Made by a program: the position numbers and the translations under genes. This document shows, one piece after another, positions 1 through 8,983 of a stretch of DNA of 64,000 bases (positions within the stretch are counted from its first letter, which is position 1; every line of letters begins with the position of its first letter). The notes beneath the pieces are model-generated. The model did no database searches. It was given only the letters and a program-made list of their open reading frames with translations, and was not told the origin of the DNA. Source of the DNA: an uncultured Verrucomicrobiota bacterium (GTDB taxonomy: Bacteria > Verrucomicrobiota > Verrucomicrobiia > CAZIPW01); assembly GCA_964541675.1 (NCBI GenBank), contig CAZIPW010000001.1, positions 67,493 through 131,492 on the forward strand. The letters are read 5' to 3'.

Positions 1-417
1 GCGAACCCGCCGGTCTGCCGCATCATGGATTTTGGCAAGTTTCGCTATGAGCTGGCCAAGAAGGAAAAAGGCCCCAAAATCATCACCAAACTCAAGGAGA
101 TAAAATTCCGCGTCCGCATAGAGCAGAATGACTATGCGACGAAATTGCGCCACGCAGAGGAATTTCTGTGGGAGAACAACAAGGTAAAGCTGACCCTGTC
201 TTTCCGAGGCAGGGAGATGGGGCACACCGAGCTTGGCCGGGAGGTCATCCTGCGCGCCCTGGCGGATCTGGCCCATGTAGCCACTCCAGACGCGGAGCCA
301 AGGTTGTCGGGACGTGCCATCAATGTGATGCTCTCTCCGCTCCCGCAATCCAAGCGCAAACGGCGTTTCACCGAGATAGAAACCCAAACATCACCGCAGC
401 CCGAACAGCCGGAATAA
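1..417 (+). CDS. infC: translation initiation factor IF-3, C-terminal portion (5' end lies outside the window)
   Basis: The reading frame is open from nt 1 with no stop before the first ATG at 25. The translation KEIKFRVRIEQNDYATKLRHAEEFL...FRGREMGHTELGREVI matches the conserved IF-3 C-domain. Confidence 0.75.
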   Translation, partial: ANPPVCRIMDFGKFRYELAKKEKGPKIITKLKEIKFRVRIEQNDYATKLRHAEEFLWENNKVKLTLSFRGREMGHTELGREVILRALADLAHVATPDAEPRLSGRAINVMLSPLPQSKRKRRFTEIETQTSPQPEQPE

Positions 418-419
418 AT

Positions 420-1397
420 ATGGCGCGGATTCTGCGATTCGCCCGCGTGCTGGCAGCGGTTCTCTTTTTACCGTTTGGTTTGCACGCGCTCAGCATTGGT
501 GGGGAGGACTACCTTCCGTTGTCTTTCGTCGCGCAAAGACTGGGTATGCGCTGCGCTCTTTCGCCGGATGGCAAAGATGCGAGTCTTGCTGGCAATCTAC
601 AGAGTTTCAAGGCGACCCTCAATCAGAAGGGCAGCACGATCAACGGTACGCGCGTCTGGCTCAACTATCCGATAGCGGAATCCAAAGGCAGCCTCTATCT
701 CAGCCGATTGGACTATGAGCATACCCTCATGCCCATCCTGCGTCCCGGGGCGTTCAATCTCTCCCGTTATCACTTGCGTCGTATTGTTCTAGATCCGGGA
801 CACGGTGGCAAAGACACGGGCGCGCGCAATCCGCGTATGCATACCAACGAAAAGACTTTTACGCTGGATGTGGCGGGGCGGGTCAAGCAGCGTCTGGAAG
901 CGCTCGGCTATCAGGTTATTTTTACTAGAAACTCCGATAGATATGTGGAGCTTAAAGATCGTTCCGCCCTGGCCAATGCCGTTCATGCGGATCTCTTCGT
1001 CAGCATTCATTTCAACTCGGCTGCACCCAATATTACCGGTGTGGAGACATACTCTTGTACGCCGCAGGGAGCCCCCTCGTCTTCCAGCGCCGAGCCGGAG
1101 GCCTCGGATGAGGATTTTCAGCCCGGTAACGCCCACGATGTCGCCAGCTTATGCCTGGCCTACGAGGTACAGAGGAGTTTGGTTTCGAGTCTGCGCGCTC
1201 CCGATAGGGCGGCCCGGCACGCGCGGTTTGTGGTATTGGAAGGCCTTCACTGTCCCGGTATTTTGGTTGAGGGAGGCTTTATTACTTCCCCGACCGAGGG
1301 CTCTCGCCTTACCAGTTCGATGTATCGCCAGCAGCTGGCGAACGCCATTGTCGAGGGCATCCGCGGCTACCACAGGAAGATTCTTGGGATGAGGTAG
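420..1397 (+). CDS. N-acetylmuramoyl-L-alanine amidase (Amidase_3/AmiC type), secreted
   Basis: The track ORF 168..1397 overlaps infC; an in-frame ATG at 420 gives the signal-peptide-like start MARILRFARVLAAVLFLPFGLHA. The Amidase_3 core IVLDPGHGGKDTGARN...ADLFVSIHFNSA is present. Confidence 0.8.
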   Translation: MARILRFARVLAAVLFLPFGLHALSIGGEDYLPLSFVAQRLGMRCALSPDGKDASLAGNLQSFKATLNQKGSTINGTRVWLNYPIAESKGSLYLSRLDYEHTLMPILRPGAFNLSRYHLRRIVLDPGHGGKDTGARNPRMHTNEKTFTLDVAGRVKQRLEALGYQVIFTRNSDRYVELKDRSALANAVHADLFVSIHFNSAAPNITGVETYSCTPQGAPSSSSAEPEASDEDFQPGNAHDVASLCLAYEVQRSLVSSLRAPDRAARHARFVVLEGLHCPGILVEGGFITSPTEGSRLTSSMYRQQLANAIVEGIRGYHRKILGMR

Positions 1398-1531
1398 AAG
1401 TTATTGCGACGGGATTATGCAGATAGCCATTGTGCCTTTAGAAAAGAGGCTTCTGCAACAAGACTGCGTGTTCAGGTTTGCTAACATATTGGTGTCCTTG
1501 ATTTTTGGGCTAAAAGAAGTACAATTGATGG

Positions 1532-2092
1532 ATGAGAGGCGTGAGTGACAGAAGGGGAATTCCTTTGAAGCAGAATATGGTCCCTGTTTATGTTCAACGG
1601 ATAGAAGAAAGTTCATCTGGCATCAATACCCATGCCAGCACGATGAAACCGCATGGGGTTTATACGACACCCGCTAATGTCATAAGCCCTCACCAAGAGT
1701 TAGGGGGCAATATCTTTTTCTGGGAATTGAACCCCAGCGCAAGTGTTTTGGATTTGAGCACATCTAGTCCCATACCAATAAGAGAAATGGCAATCGATAG
1801 TGGCACAGGAGTCCATGCTGCCAGTAAATTATTAGGTACTGAGAGATTTCAGCAATTGCTTGGGAGAACTAAAACTCAGTTGATTCAATGGGCTGATGAC
1901 AACCTTACCAAAGCTGACTATGGAAGATATTACGACAATCAAGAAGTATTGGAGGCTATCGGTGGACAATTGGCACGCCAACACGGCTTTGATATCCTTT
2001 ACCGTTACGATCAGACCATGCCAGAGTTTAGCGAGGTAGTCTTGTTGAGTGAAAGGGCAGGAAAACCGATATCAGAAGTGCCTGAGATCTGA
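1532..2092 (+). CDS. hypothetical protein (ORFan) inside a low-GC insertion
   Basis: 186-aa ORF with no recognisable motif. It lies in a ~0.85 kb stretch that is visibly more AT-rich than the flanks (by eye, mid-40s % vs ~57%). Confidence 0.4.
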   Translation: MRGVSDRRGIPLKQNMVPVYVQRIEESSSGINTHASTMKPHGVYTTPANVISPHQELGGNIFFWELNPSASVLDLSTSSPIPIREMAIDSGTGVHAASKLLGTERFQQLLGRTKTQLIQWADDNLTKADYGRYYDNQEVLEAIGGQLARQHGFDILYRYDQTMPEFSEVVLLSERAGKPISEVPEI

Positions 2093-2266
2093 AGTAACAA
2101 GTCATCTTTTTCTGGAAAGAACAGACTTTCAGTCCCCAAAAATATGACTCTATTGCTTTGGCCAAATTGGTACCTTTGACCGGCTGCCCATATGATTCGT
2201 TAAACAAGCTCCATTTTTAAAGGCGGTATAATACCATCATCGTGCAACCCTCCTCAGGAAGCCAAA

Positions 2267-3145
2267 CTACCCTACCAGCCCCTCGATATACTCCTCCAAC
2301 TCAAATCTCCTCAAGTCTTCCAGTCCTTCTCCCAGCCCAGCAAAATACACAGGTAGCTTTAGTTCTTGATAAAGCCCCACAAGGGCCCCTGCTTTTGATG
2401 AACCGTCCAGTTTGGTGATGATGAGCCCGGTAAGTGGCAGCGCTTCAGCAAAAGCTCTGGCCTGAGCGAGCGTATTTAGCCCGAGAGTCGCGTCCAAGAC
2501 AAGCAGAGTATGCTGGGGGGCTGTCTGATCCACCTTTTTGATGGCGCGATCAATCTTGCGTAGTTCCTCCATGAGCCTCTCCTTGGTATGGAGCCGACCC
2601 GCCGTATCGATAAGAAGCGTGTCCATGCTCCGGGCTTTTGCGGCCCGTAGGGCATCAAAGGCGACAGCTGCCGGATCGGCTCCAGTGCGACTCTCAATAA
2701 GCGGTACTCCCGCCCGCCCCGCCCACAAGCTCAGCTGATCGTTGGCGGCGGCGCGGAAGGTGTCCGCCGAACCGATAATCGGTTTTCTTCCCTCTGTCTT
2801 GAATGCGTGCGCCAGCTTGGCGACCGTGGTCGTTTTCCCTGCGCCATTGATTCCCAGAATGAGAATCGTATTGAGACCCTCCTTCCATTCCCAATTGCCT
2901 GCGATGCCCCGCAGCTTCTCTCTAAGGACATTTTTGAGCGTTTCGGCAGCCGAATGGCCTTTCAAATTCTCCTTTGAAAGTTCCTTTAACACTTGTTTTG
3001 TTGTTTCAAGCCCCAGATCTGTCTGAAGAAGTGTTGCTTCCAATTCCTCAAGGTCTTGAGCAGTCGGTATGCCCCGCAATTTCCCAATGGCAGCGGTGAT
3101 GTTATGGGATGCCTTCTCCAGGCCTTTTTTAAAAAAAGAAAACAT
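2267..3145 (-). CDS. ftsY: signal recognition particle receptor FtsY
   Basis: SRP-GTPase NG-domain motifs: GINGAGKTTTVAKLA (P-loop), DTAGRLH, and a TKLDG-type motif. Confidence 0.85.
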   Translation of the reverse strand: MFSFFKKGLEKASHNITAAIGKLRGIPTAQDLEELEATLLQTDLGLETTKQVLKELSKENLKGHSAAETLKNVLREKLRGIAGNWEWKEGLNTILILGINGAGKTTTVAKLAHAFKTEGRKPIIGSADTFRAAANDQLSLWAGRAGVPLIESRTGADPAAVAFDALRAAKARSMDTLLIDTAGRLHTKERLMEELRKIDRAIKKVDQTAPQHTLLVLDATLGLNTLAQARAFAEALPLTGLIITKLDGSSKAGALVGLYQELKLPVYFAGLGEGLEDLRRFELEEYIEGLVG

Positions 3146-3148
3146 ATT

Positions 3149-3586
3149 TTACTTGACGGGTTCTCTCAGGCTTCTGCCCAAGGTCGGGGCAATTTTGTCC
3201 AGGATGCCGTTGATAAACTTTCCCGACTCCTCGTTGGAGAAACTCTTGGCCAGGTCAATGGCCTCATTCATCGTTACAACCGGTGGAATGTCAGGCCGAT
3301 TGTAAAACTCATAGATGGCCAGCCTCAATATGGTCAGGTCCACCTTGTGAAGACGGGAACGATCCCAGTTTTCCAGCCTTTCGTCTATGATCTTGTCAAT
3401 CTTGTCGAGGTTCTGGAGTGTTCCAATGATCAGTTGTTTGCAAAACTCCCTGTCGTCAATGGGCAACTCGAAGGCCTCCCATATTGTTTCCAGAGAGTGA
3501 TCCATTTCGCTCATGGGAAGCTTGTTGATTTCCCAAAAATACAGGAATTGGATGACGGCTTCTCTTAATTGGCGGCGTTTGGGCAT
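3149..3586 (-). CDS. nusB: transcription antitermination factor NusB
   Basis: 145 aa. RQLREAVIQFLYFWE...LDRSRLHKVDLTILRLAIYEF...VTMNEAIDLAKSF follows the NusB family pattern. It sits just downstream of the epimerase gene and upstream of ftsY on the same strand. Confidence 0.8.
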   Translation of the reverse strand: MPKRRQLREAVIQFLYFWEINKLPMSEMDHSLETIWEAFELPIDDREFCKQLIIGTLQNLDKIDKIIDERLENWDRSRLHKVDLTILRLAIYEFYNRPDIPPVVTMNEAIDLAKSFSNEESGKFINGILDKIAPTLGRSLREPVK

Positions 3587-3595
3587 GAGAGTTCA

Positions 3596-4525
3596 TTATA
3601 ACTCATTCTTGGCCCATTCCCAAGTTTTTTTCATGCTCTCTCTCAGGGTATATTGGGGCGCAAAGCCGAGTACCGCGCGCGCCTTCGTGATATTGGCATG
3701 GGTGGCCAGCTGGTCTCCCGGACGCGGGGGCAGTTTTTTGACTTTCAGTTTTTTGCCGCTGATCTGCTGCGCGAACTCAAGGGCTTCAGCCGTGGTGTTG
3801 GTTTTATCATTTCCCAGGTTGAATATCTCGCCCCGGACCTGGGGCAGCTTCTGTAGTGCCAGCATCGTCCCGTTGACGATGTCTCCGACATATGTATAGG
3901 AACGCTCGTGCGACAGGCTCCCCTCATACAGGGGGAATTCCGTGTCTTTTTTGAGCGCGCTGTATAGCATGGGAATGAGCTTGTCCGGCCTCTCTCTCTC
4001 CCCGAATACCGAGAAATACCGCAGGGAGCAAGCCAGCAGACGTCCCTGTCGAACCGCGCTCAACACGGCCTGTTCGCCGGCCAGTTTGCTGACGCCGTAA
4101 GCGGATGCGGGCTGGGGCAGAGTGTTTTCATCCCCGCAGGCCTTAAACCCGTATACGGAGGAGGTTGACACATGAACCATGCCGATATTGGTCCCCGCAA
4201 GAGCCTCCACGAGCGCCACGGTCGCGTGAAGGTTGTTTCGGATATAACTCTCGTATGAGGTCCCAGCACTGTTTCCGGGTTGAGCGGCCGCGTGTATCAC
4301 AAAATCAATCCCCTCTAAAATGCCGGAGAGCGGATCCATGCTCAGGTCGAGCTCGTGGACAAGAATTCCCTCCTTGGAAAGCATTCTGGCGGTCCGGCGT
4401 TTGATGCCAGGGTCGTAATAGGCGTCAAAATTATCGACGATATGCACGCGGTGGCCCCCCTGTTTGGCTGCCAGAGCCAGATGCGAACCGATGAAACCAG
4501 CGCCTCCGGTGATAAGGATGTTCAT
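3596..4525 (-). CDS. NAD-dependent epimerase/dehydratase family protein (UDP-sugar 4-epimerase-like)
   Basis: N-terminal Rossmann motif MNILITGGAGFIGSHL plus SDR-extended features (a YxxxK-like motif). Confidence 0.8.
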   Translation of the reverse strand: MNILITGGAGFIGSHLALAAKQGGHRVHIVDNFDAYYDPGIKRRTARMLSKEGILVHELDLSMDPLSGILEGIDFVIHAAAQPGNSAGTSYESYIRNNLHATVALVEALAGTNIGMVHVSTSSVYGFKACGDENTLPQPASAYGVSKLAGEQAVLSAVRQGRLLACSLRYFSVFGERERPDKLIPMLYSALKKDTEFPLYEGSLSHERSYTYVGDIVNGTMLALQKLPQVRGEIFNLGNDKTNTTAEALEFAQQISGKKLKVKKLPPRPGDQLATHANITKARAVLGFAPQYTLRESMKKTWEWAKNEL

Positions 4526-4579
4526 TCATATCTATTATAGGTTTTTTGCGCTGCTATCAAGACTCTTGCAAAGTATAAA

Positions 4580-4852
4580 ATGGCCTCCAAGAATAGAAGT
4601 ATGCTGGAGCGCAGCTATATAATTGGAAAGGATTGCACACTGCACGCGCGGCCTGCTGCCGCATTGCTCAAGATAGCCAAAACGCACGGGTGCGAGGTTT
4701 CCCTCAAGACGACAAAGGGCTGGGAGAAAGCTGGCATCATGAATCTGCTGCTTTTGAAGACCACGCCTGGCATTAAAATCACGCTGAGAGCAGACGGCGG
4801 CTCGGAAGAAGAGTGTCTGGCAGCCATTAGACTTCTCCTGGAAGGAGTCTAA
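4580..4852 (+). CDS. ptsH: HPr-family phosphocarrier protein (no EI/EII gene nearby)
   Basis: 90 aa. CTLHARPAAALLKIA matches the HPr His15 region (GxHARPA). Overall length and pattern fit HPr; the Ser46 region looks altered. Confidence 0.6.
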   Translation: MASKNRSMLERSYIIGKDCTLHARPAAALLKIAKTHGCEVSLKTTKGWEKAGIMNLLLLKTTPGIKITLRADGGSEEECLAAIRLLLEGV

Positions 4853-4891
4853 TACAAGGTCCGGTCTGGATCGGTTCCATCGAGGCTTGTC

Positions 4892-5644
4892 TTGGACCGG
4901 TTTATGCAATATAAGTGTTTGCAGATGCTTAGAGCCCGCATACTTTTTTGTGCGCTTATGTGCGCGGCAACCCTGCACGGGGCGGTTGACCTGACAATTC
5001 TCCAGCAACAAGGCTCAATAAGCGATTATGCCGGTATCTTCCCTGTCAAGGAGCGCGCGGTTCTAGAAGAACTGTTGGCGGAGCTCAATAACCGTTATGA
5101 TGTTCAGGTGAGCCTCGTGACCCTGCCCAATTTGGGCGAAACTCCCATAGAGCGGGCCACGCAGTCCCTCTATGACGCGTGGGATATGGGACGGGGAACA
5201 CTCAACAAATCAGCCCTGATCCTATTGAGTGCGGGTGATGGGCAGATGCATATATATGTGGGCATGGGATTGCGGGGAGTCCTCTCCACAAAGTGGATCG
5301 ACGCGCGTGCGGCGGAGTTATCTCCATTAATGGAACACCACCGCTACGAGGATGCCTGTGTCAATGCCATCGCGGTTGTTGTGCGCAGAATTCACGATAA
5401 TGCCTCGGATCTTCCAAAACTGAATACTGTCATGGTGCAGAGCCCCGGGATGGCTGCGGCGGCAGTGTCTGATCGCAAGGCTCTTCCCATCGCGGGAGTG
5501 ATCGCCTTGGCATTTGGGGCTTTATTGGTCATTTCCACCCTTATGCAGGCAGGTAACCGTCAGGCGTCTGTCTACGATATGGGCAGGGATTTTGAACGCA
5601 ATCGTACCGGGCCTTTTGGGAGCAAGAAGCCCAGATGGCTCTAA
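4892..5644 (+). CDS. TPM-domain (TLP18.3/Psb32/MOLO-1) protein, membrane anchored
   Basis: N-terminal signal/TM segment, the TPM pattern YAGIFPV...VQVSLVTLPNLGE...LILLSAGDGQMHIYVGMGLRGVL, and a C-terminal TM helix. Confidence 0.6.
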   Translation: MDRFMQYKCLQMLRARILFCALMCAATLHGAVDLTILQQQGSISDYAGIFPVKERAVLEELLAELNNRYDVQVSLVTLPNLGETPIERATQSLYDAWDMGRGTLNKSALILLSAGDGQMHIYVGMGLRGVLSTKWIDARAAELSPLMEHHRYEDACVNAIAVVVRRIHDNASDLPKLNTVMVQSPGMAAAAVSDRKALPIAGVIALAFGALLVISTLMQAGNRQASVYDMGRDFERNRTGPFGSKKPRWL

Positions 5645-5650
5645 TGCTTT

Positions 5651-6382
5651 ATGTTCACGTTTAAAAAACAAACACCAGAAGAATATGCCGCCAAGCTCAA
5701 AGAGATGCTTGGGGGTTGTCTTCGTTCGGTCACTCTCTACGGGTCTGCCACAACGGCCGACCATATTAAGGGAACCTCCGACTACAATGTTCTTGTGATT
5801 GCCGACAAATGGAGTGTTCTGGAACTCAATCAAGTGTCCAAGGTGTCCCAAAGATGGATGCGCGAAGGAAATGCCCCGCCTCTTCTCTTCACACCATACC
5901 GCTGGCAGTCCATGGTAGAGACCTTTCCCATAGAAGTACTGGACATGAAACAGGCTTATCGTGTGGTATTGGGAGAGGATTTTCTCAAGTCAACCAAGGT
6001 ACAGGCCGTACATCTGAGGCTCATGACCCAGCGCGAGATTGGCAGTCTAAAAATACAGCTGCGCCAGGGCTTTCTGTATGCAAACGGCGAGCCCCGCAAG
6101 ATCGCGCACCTTATGGTAAAGACGCTCTCCGCGACACTGGCACTATTCCGCGCAGCTTTAAGGCTGTATGTTGACGCGGTACCCACAAAAAAGATAGAGG
6201 CCTTGCCCATGCTCGCGGAGAGAATCAAGGGCATTGACGTGGAGGCAATTCAAACCATTCATAATCTCAAACACGGCAGCCTGAAAATATCCAAAGTCAA
6301 TCCACTCAACCTTTTCCAGAGATATATTGATAGCCTTACGGTTGTCGGAGACGCCATCAATCCAGATGTTAAGAAAGCGTGA
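5651..6382 (+). CDS. AadA-like (ANT(3'')-family fold) nucleotidyltransferase-domain protein with D-x-N in place of the catalytic D-x-D
   Basis: TLYGSATTADHIKGTSDYNVLVI aligns with the AadA nucleotidyltransferase motif HLYGSAVDGGLKPHSDIDLLVTV. The second catalytic Asp is replaced by Asn. The stop overlaps the start of the next gene by 4 nt. Confidence 0.55.
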   Translation: MFTFKKQTPEEYAAKLKEMLGGCLRSVTLYGSATTADHIKGTSDYNVLVIADKWSVLELNQVSKVSQRWMREGNAPPLLFTPYRWQSMVETFPIEVLDMKQAYRVVLGEDFLKSTKVQAVHLRLMTQREIGSLKIQLRQGFLYANGEPRKIAHLMVKTLSATLALFRAALRLYVDAVPTKKIEALPMLAERIKGIDVEAIQTIHNLKHGSLKISKVNPLNLFQRYIDSLTVVGDAINPDVKKA

Positions 6383-6714
6383 GTATGTCGGAGTGCGTGA
6401 TTCCAGAAATGCGGGTGGGCAAGATTATTGCCGTGGAGGAACCAGAGGGTTTGCGCAATAAAGCCTGGGTGATGACTCTGGATTTTGGTCCCTATGGAAT
6501 CAAAAAATCGGTGGGGCAATTTAAAAATTTCAGTGCCGAAGAGATGATTGGCCGATTGGTTGTGGCTGTAGTGGGTCTGGGGACCAAAAAGGTGGGATCC
6601 TATAGCAGCGAATGCCTGGTACTGGGCACGATGGTTGACGCGGCGGACCATAATCTGGGTCATTACTTCATTGAACCCAGCCCCAAGTCAAAATTGGGAG
6701 ACCTGATCGGATAG
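6379..6714 (+). CDS. csaA: CsaA-like tRNA-binding (Myf/EMAP) domain protein
   Basis: 111 aa. It aligns along its whole length with B. subtilis CsaA (MRVGKIIAVEEPEG...LDFG..GIKKSVGQ...VVAVVGL...SECLVLG). Translationally coupled to the upstream nucleotidyltransferase gene. Confidence 0.7.
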   Translation: MSMSECVIPEMRVGKIIAVEEPEGLRNKAWVMTLDFGPYGIKKSVGQFKNFSAEEMIGRLVVAVVGLGTKKVGSYSSECLVLGTMVDAADHNLGHYFIEPSPKSKLGDLIG

Positions 6715-6720
6715 CGGAAC

Positions 6721-7902
6721 CTAGCCGTTTCTTCGTTTGGGCTTGGGCTTTTCCTGAATGTCGTCAAGAGGCGTCCAGTTGTATTCGAACCCTTCCAGTT
6801 TCTTGCGCTCAATGGATCTTCCAAGAAGCCGCTCAATGGCCCGCAGGGGTTCAACGTCCGCCGCGGTCAGCATGGAGTATGCGTCGCCTTCGGCACCCGC
6901 GCGTCCTGTACGTCCTATGCGGTGAATGTAGTCCTCGGCGTGTTCGGGGATATTGTAGTTGATCACATGGCTCACAGAGCTGATATCAAGCCCTCGTGCC
7001 GCTATGTCAGTAGCCACCAGTATCTGTGCCTTGCCATCTTTGAAATCTTTCAGCGCACGCGTTCTTTCGCTTTGCGACCGATCCGCATGAATGACCGCCA
7101 CAGGGTGTCCCTCCTTCTGCAGCTTCCTGGCCACTCCATCGGAGCCGTGCTTGGTGCGGCAAAAGATGATGACACTCTTGTGATGGATCTGTTTGAGAAG
7201 ATGCTTGAGCAGTTCGAGCTTCTGGCGGTCGTCCACGGGCAGCATATAGTGGCTGATTGTGTCAGCCGCCGAGAGCTTCCGGTTGACGGCGATGGGTTCA
7301 GGGTTCTTGAGCGCCCAGTTCGCGAGCCGGTCTATTTCCTGCGGGACGGTTGCGCTGAAAAGCAGGGTCTGCCGGACTCTGGGCGTCATTTCGACGATTC
7401 GGCGCACATCCGGCATGAATCCCATGTCCAGCATACGGTCAACCTCGTCCAGTACGAGAATCTCAATCTCGCGCAGATTCAGCGCGCGTTCCTCCACATG
7501 ATCCAGAAGTCTGCCGGGGGTTGCGATTATCACGTCGCTGCCGCGCGAGAGGGCTTCCCGCTGGCTGCCGTATCCCACGCCGCCGTGCAGAAGCGCGTAT
7601 TTCAGGCCGACAGTCGACCCCAGTTTGTCAAAATTCTCGATTACCTGGGCAGCCAGTTCGCGGGTAGGCTCCAAGATGAGGGCTCTTGGAGGGCTTTTGG
7701 GGCGATGATTCCAGAGTTTTTGGATAATGGGAAGAGCGAAGGCCGCCGTCTTGCCGGTACCGGTCTGGGCCGATCCGATGACATCGCGTCCGGAGAGTAT
7801 CACGGGAATAGCCTGGGCCTGAATGGGCGTGGGTTCTGTATAGCCCATGCGCGTAATGGCTTCCAAGAGGGGGGCGGATAGTCCTAGATTATCAAATGAC
7901 AT
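6721..7902 (-). CDS. DEAD-box ATP-dependent RNA helicase (RhlE-like)
   Basis: Q-motif (GYTEPTPIQ), motif I AQTGTGKTAAF, DEVD, SAT, HRIGRTGR. Confidence 0.85.
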   Translation of the reverse strand: MSFDNLGLSAPLLEAITRMGYTEPTPIQAQAIPVILSGRDVIGSAQTGTGKTAAFALPIIQKLWNHRPKSPPRALILEPTRELAAQVIENFDKLGSTVGLKYALLHGGVGYGSQREALSRGSDVIIATPGRLLDHVEERALNLREIEILVLDEVDRMLDMGFMPDVRRIVEMTPRVRQTLLFSATVPQEIDRLANWALKNPEPIAVNRKLSAADTISHYMLPVDDRQKLELLKHLLKQIHHKSVIIFCRTKHGSDGVARKLQKEGHPVAVIHADRSQSERTRALKDFKDGKAQILVATDIAARGLDISSVSHVINYNIPEHAEDYIHRIGRTGRAGAEGDAYSMLTAADVEPLRAIERLLGRSIERKKLEGFEYNWTPLDDIQEKPKPKRRNG

Positions 7903-7933
7903 TTTCTCATCCTATCCTATATAAACCCCTCGG

Positions 7934-8980
7934 TCAAACCGCATCCTCTGGTGCTGCCGGCTCCTTTTCGATTATTGGGAGTTGGATGTTGGCCACAAGC
8001 TGCCCATAATTTGGATCTATGGCAGCCATTCGCTTCTCAAGCGGCGGATGGGTGGCCATCAGGTCTATCCCATTCATCCCCGATGTGGCGAAGAAGAAAT
8101 GTGCCAACCCCGCGGCGTGATGATGTTCGATCTGCGATCCGGCTTGTATTTTGGCCAGCGCCATGACCATGGCCTGCGGATTTCGGGTGAATTGAACCGA
8201 CGAGGCGTCCGCCAGAAATTCCCGTTGGCGGCTGATGAGTGCCTGGATGACCCGGCCGAAGAAGAACCCCACCGATCCGATCACAAGGAGCGCAAAACCA
8301 AAGATCATGAAGGCCACGGCCCCGCGCCGACGATCGGAAGAACCACCTCCGCTGGCGCTGTTTAGCGCAAACCGTCCCATGATCGAGACCAGAAAAAGCC
8401 CCCATATCCAGCCTGCCAGCTGAATGTTGAGTTTGCAGTCGCCGTTGAGCAGGTGGCTGAACTCGTGCCCGATGACGGCCTGCAGCTCCTCGCGGTTGAG
8501 ATAATTGAGGGTGCCCCGCGTGACGACCACGACGGCGTCCCTGGGAGAAATGGCCGCGGCAAAGGCATTGATTTCGGGTTCGTCGTCAAGAACTCCGACC
8601 TGGGGAACAGAGTATCCGGAGGCGAGGGACATCTCTTCCACCACGTTGAGAAGTATCCTCTCTTGTTCATCCTGCGTGTTGCGGTCTATGGCGCGCGCGC
8701 CCACGCTTTGGGCCACGGAAAGCCCGCCGCCGGAGAGTTCGGCGACTTTAAAAAAGGTCCCGCCCAAAATGACGGCCACTGTCCCGCCCACACACCAGAG
8801 GAAGGTGGCCAGGTCAAAGCTGTCAATGGGAGCGCGATACCAAAGGGGGCTGTCGTAATGCATGGCCATGGTATAGGCCGCGTAGACGCCCAGAGCGGTG
8901 AGAACGACAGCCAGGACAAAGAGGATAATGGCGATCCCGGTTCTTTGTTTGGCTTGTTCTTGTGCTCCGAAAAAATCCAT
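7934..8980 (-). CDS. htpX: M48-family zinc metalloprotease (HtpX-like), membrane
   Basis: HExxH motif (GHEFSHL), N-terminal TM helices, periplasmic-facing peptidase domain. Adjacent to lemA, as commonly seen. Confidence 0.75.
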   Translation of the reverse strand: MDFFGAQEQAKQRTGIAIILFVLAVVLTALGVYAAYTMAMHYDSPLWYRAPIDSFDLATFLWCVGGTVAVILGGTFFKVAELSGGGLSVAQSVGARAIDRNTQDEQERILLNVVEEMSLASGYSVPQVGVLDDEPEINAFAAAISPRDAVVVVTRGTLNYLNREELQAVIGHEFSHLLNGDCKLNIQLAGWIWGLFLVSIMGRFALNSASGGGSSDRRRGAVAFMIFGFALLVIGSVGFFFGRVIQALISRQREFLADASSVQFTRNPQAMVMALAKIQAGSQIEHHHAAGLAHFFFATSGMNGIDLMATHPPLEKRMAAIDPNYGQLVANIQLPIIEKEPAAPEDAV

Positions 8981-8983
8981 GAA

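Noticed and set aside
168-1397. Track ORF extending the amidase gene 250 nt upstream across the end of infC
   Set aside because: The extension overlaps the infC reading frame and has a Gly/Pro/Arg-rich composition typical of out-of-frame translation of GC-rich DNA. The in-frame ATG at 420 gives a proper signal peptide.
6922-7881. 319-aa ORF antisense to the DEAD-box helicase gene
   Set aside because: A shadow ORF; the helicase on the opposite strand carries all the canonical motifs.
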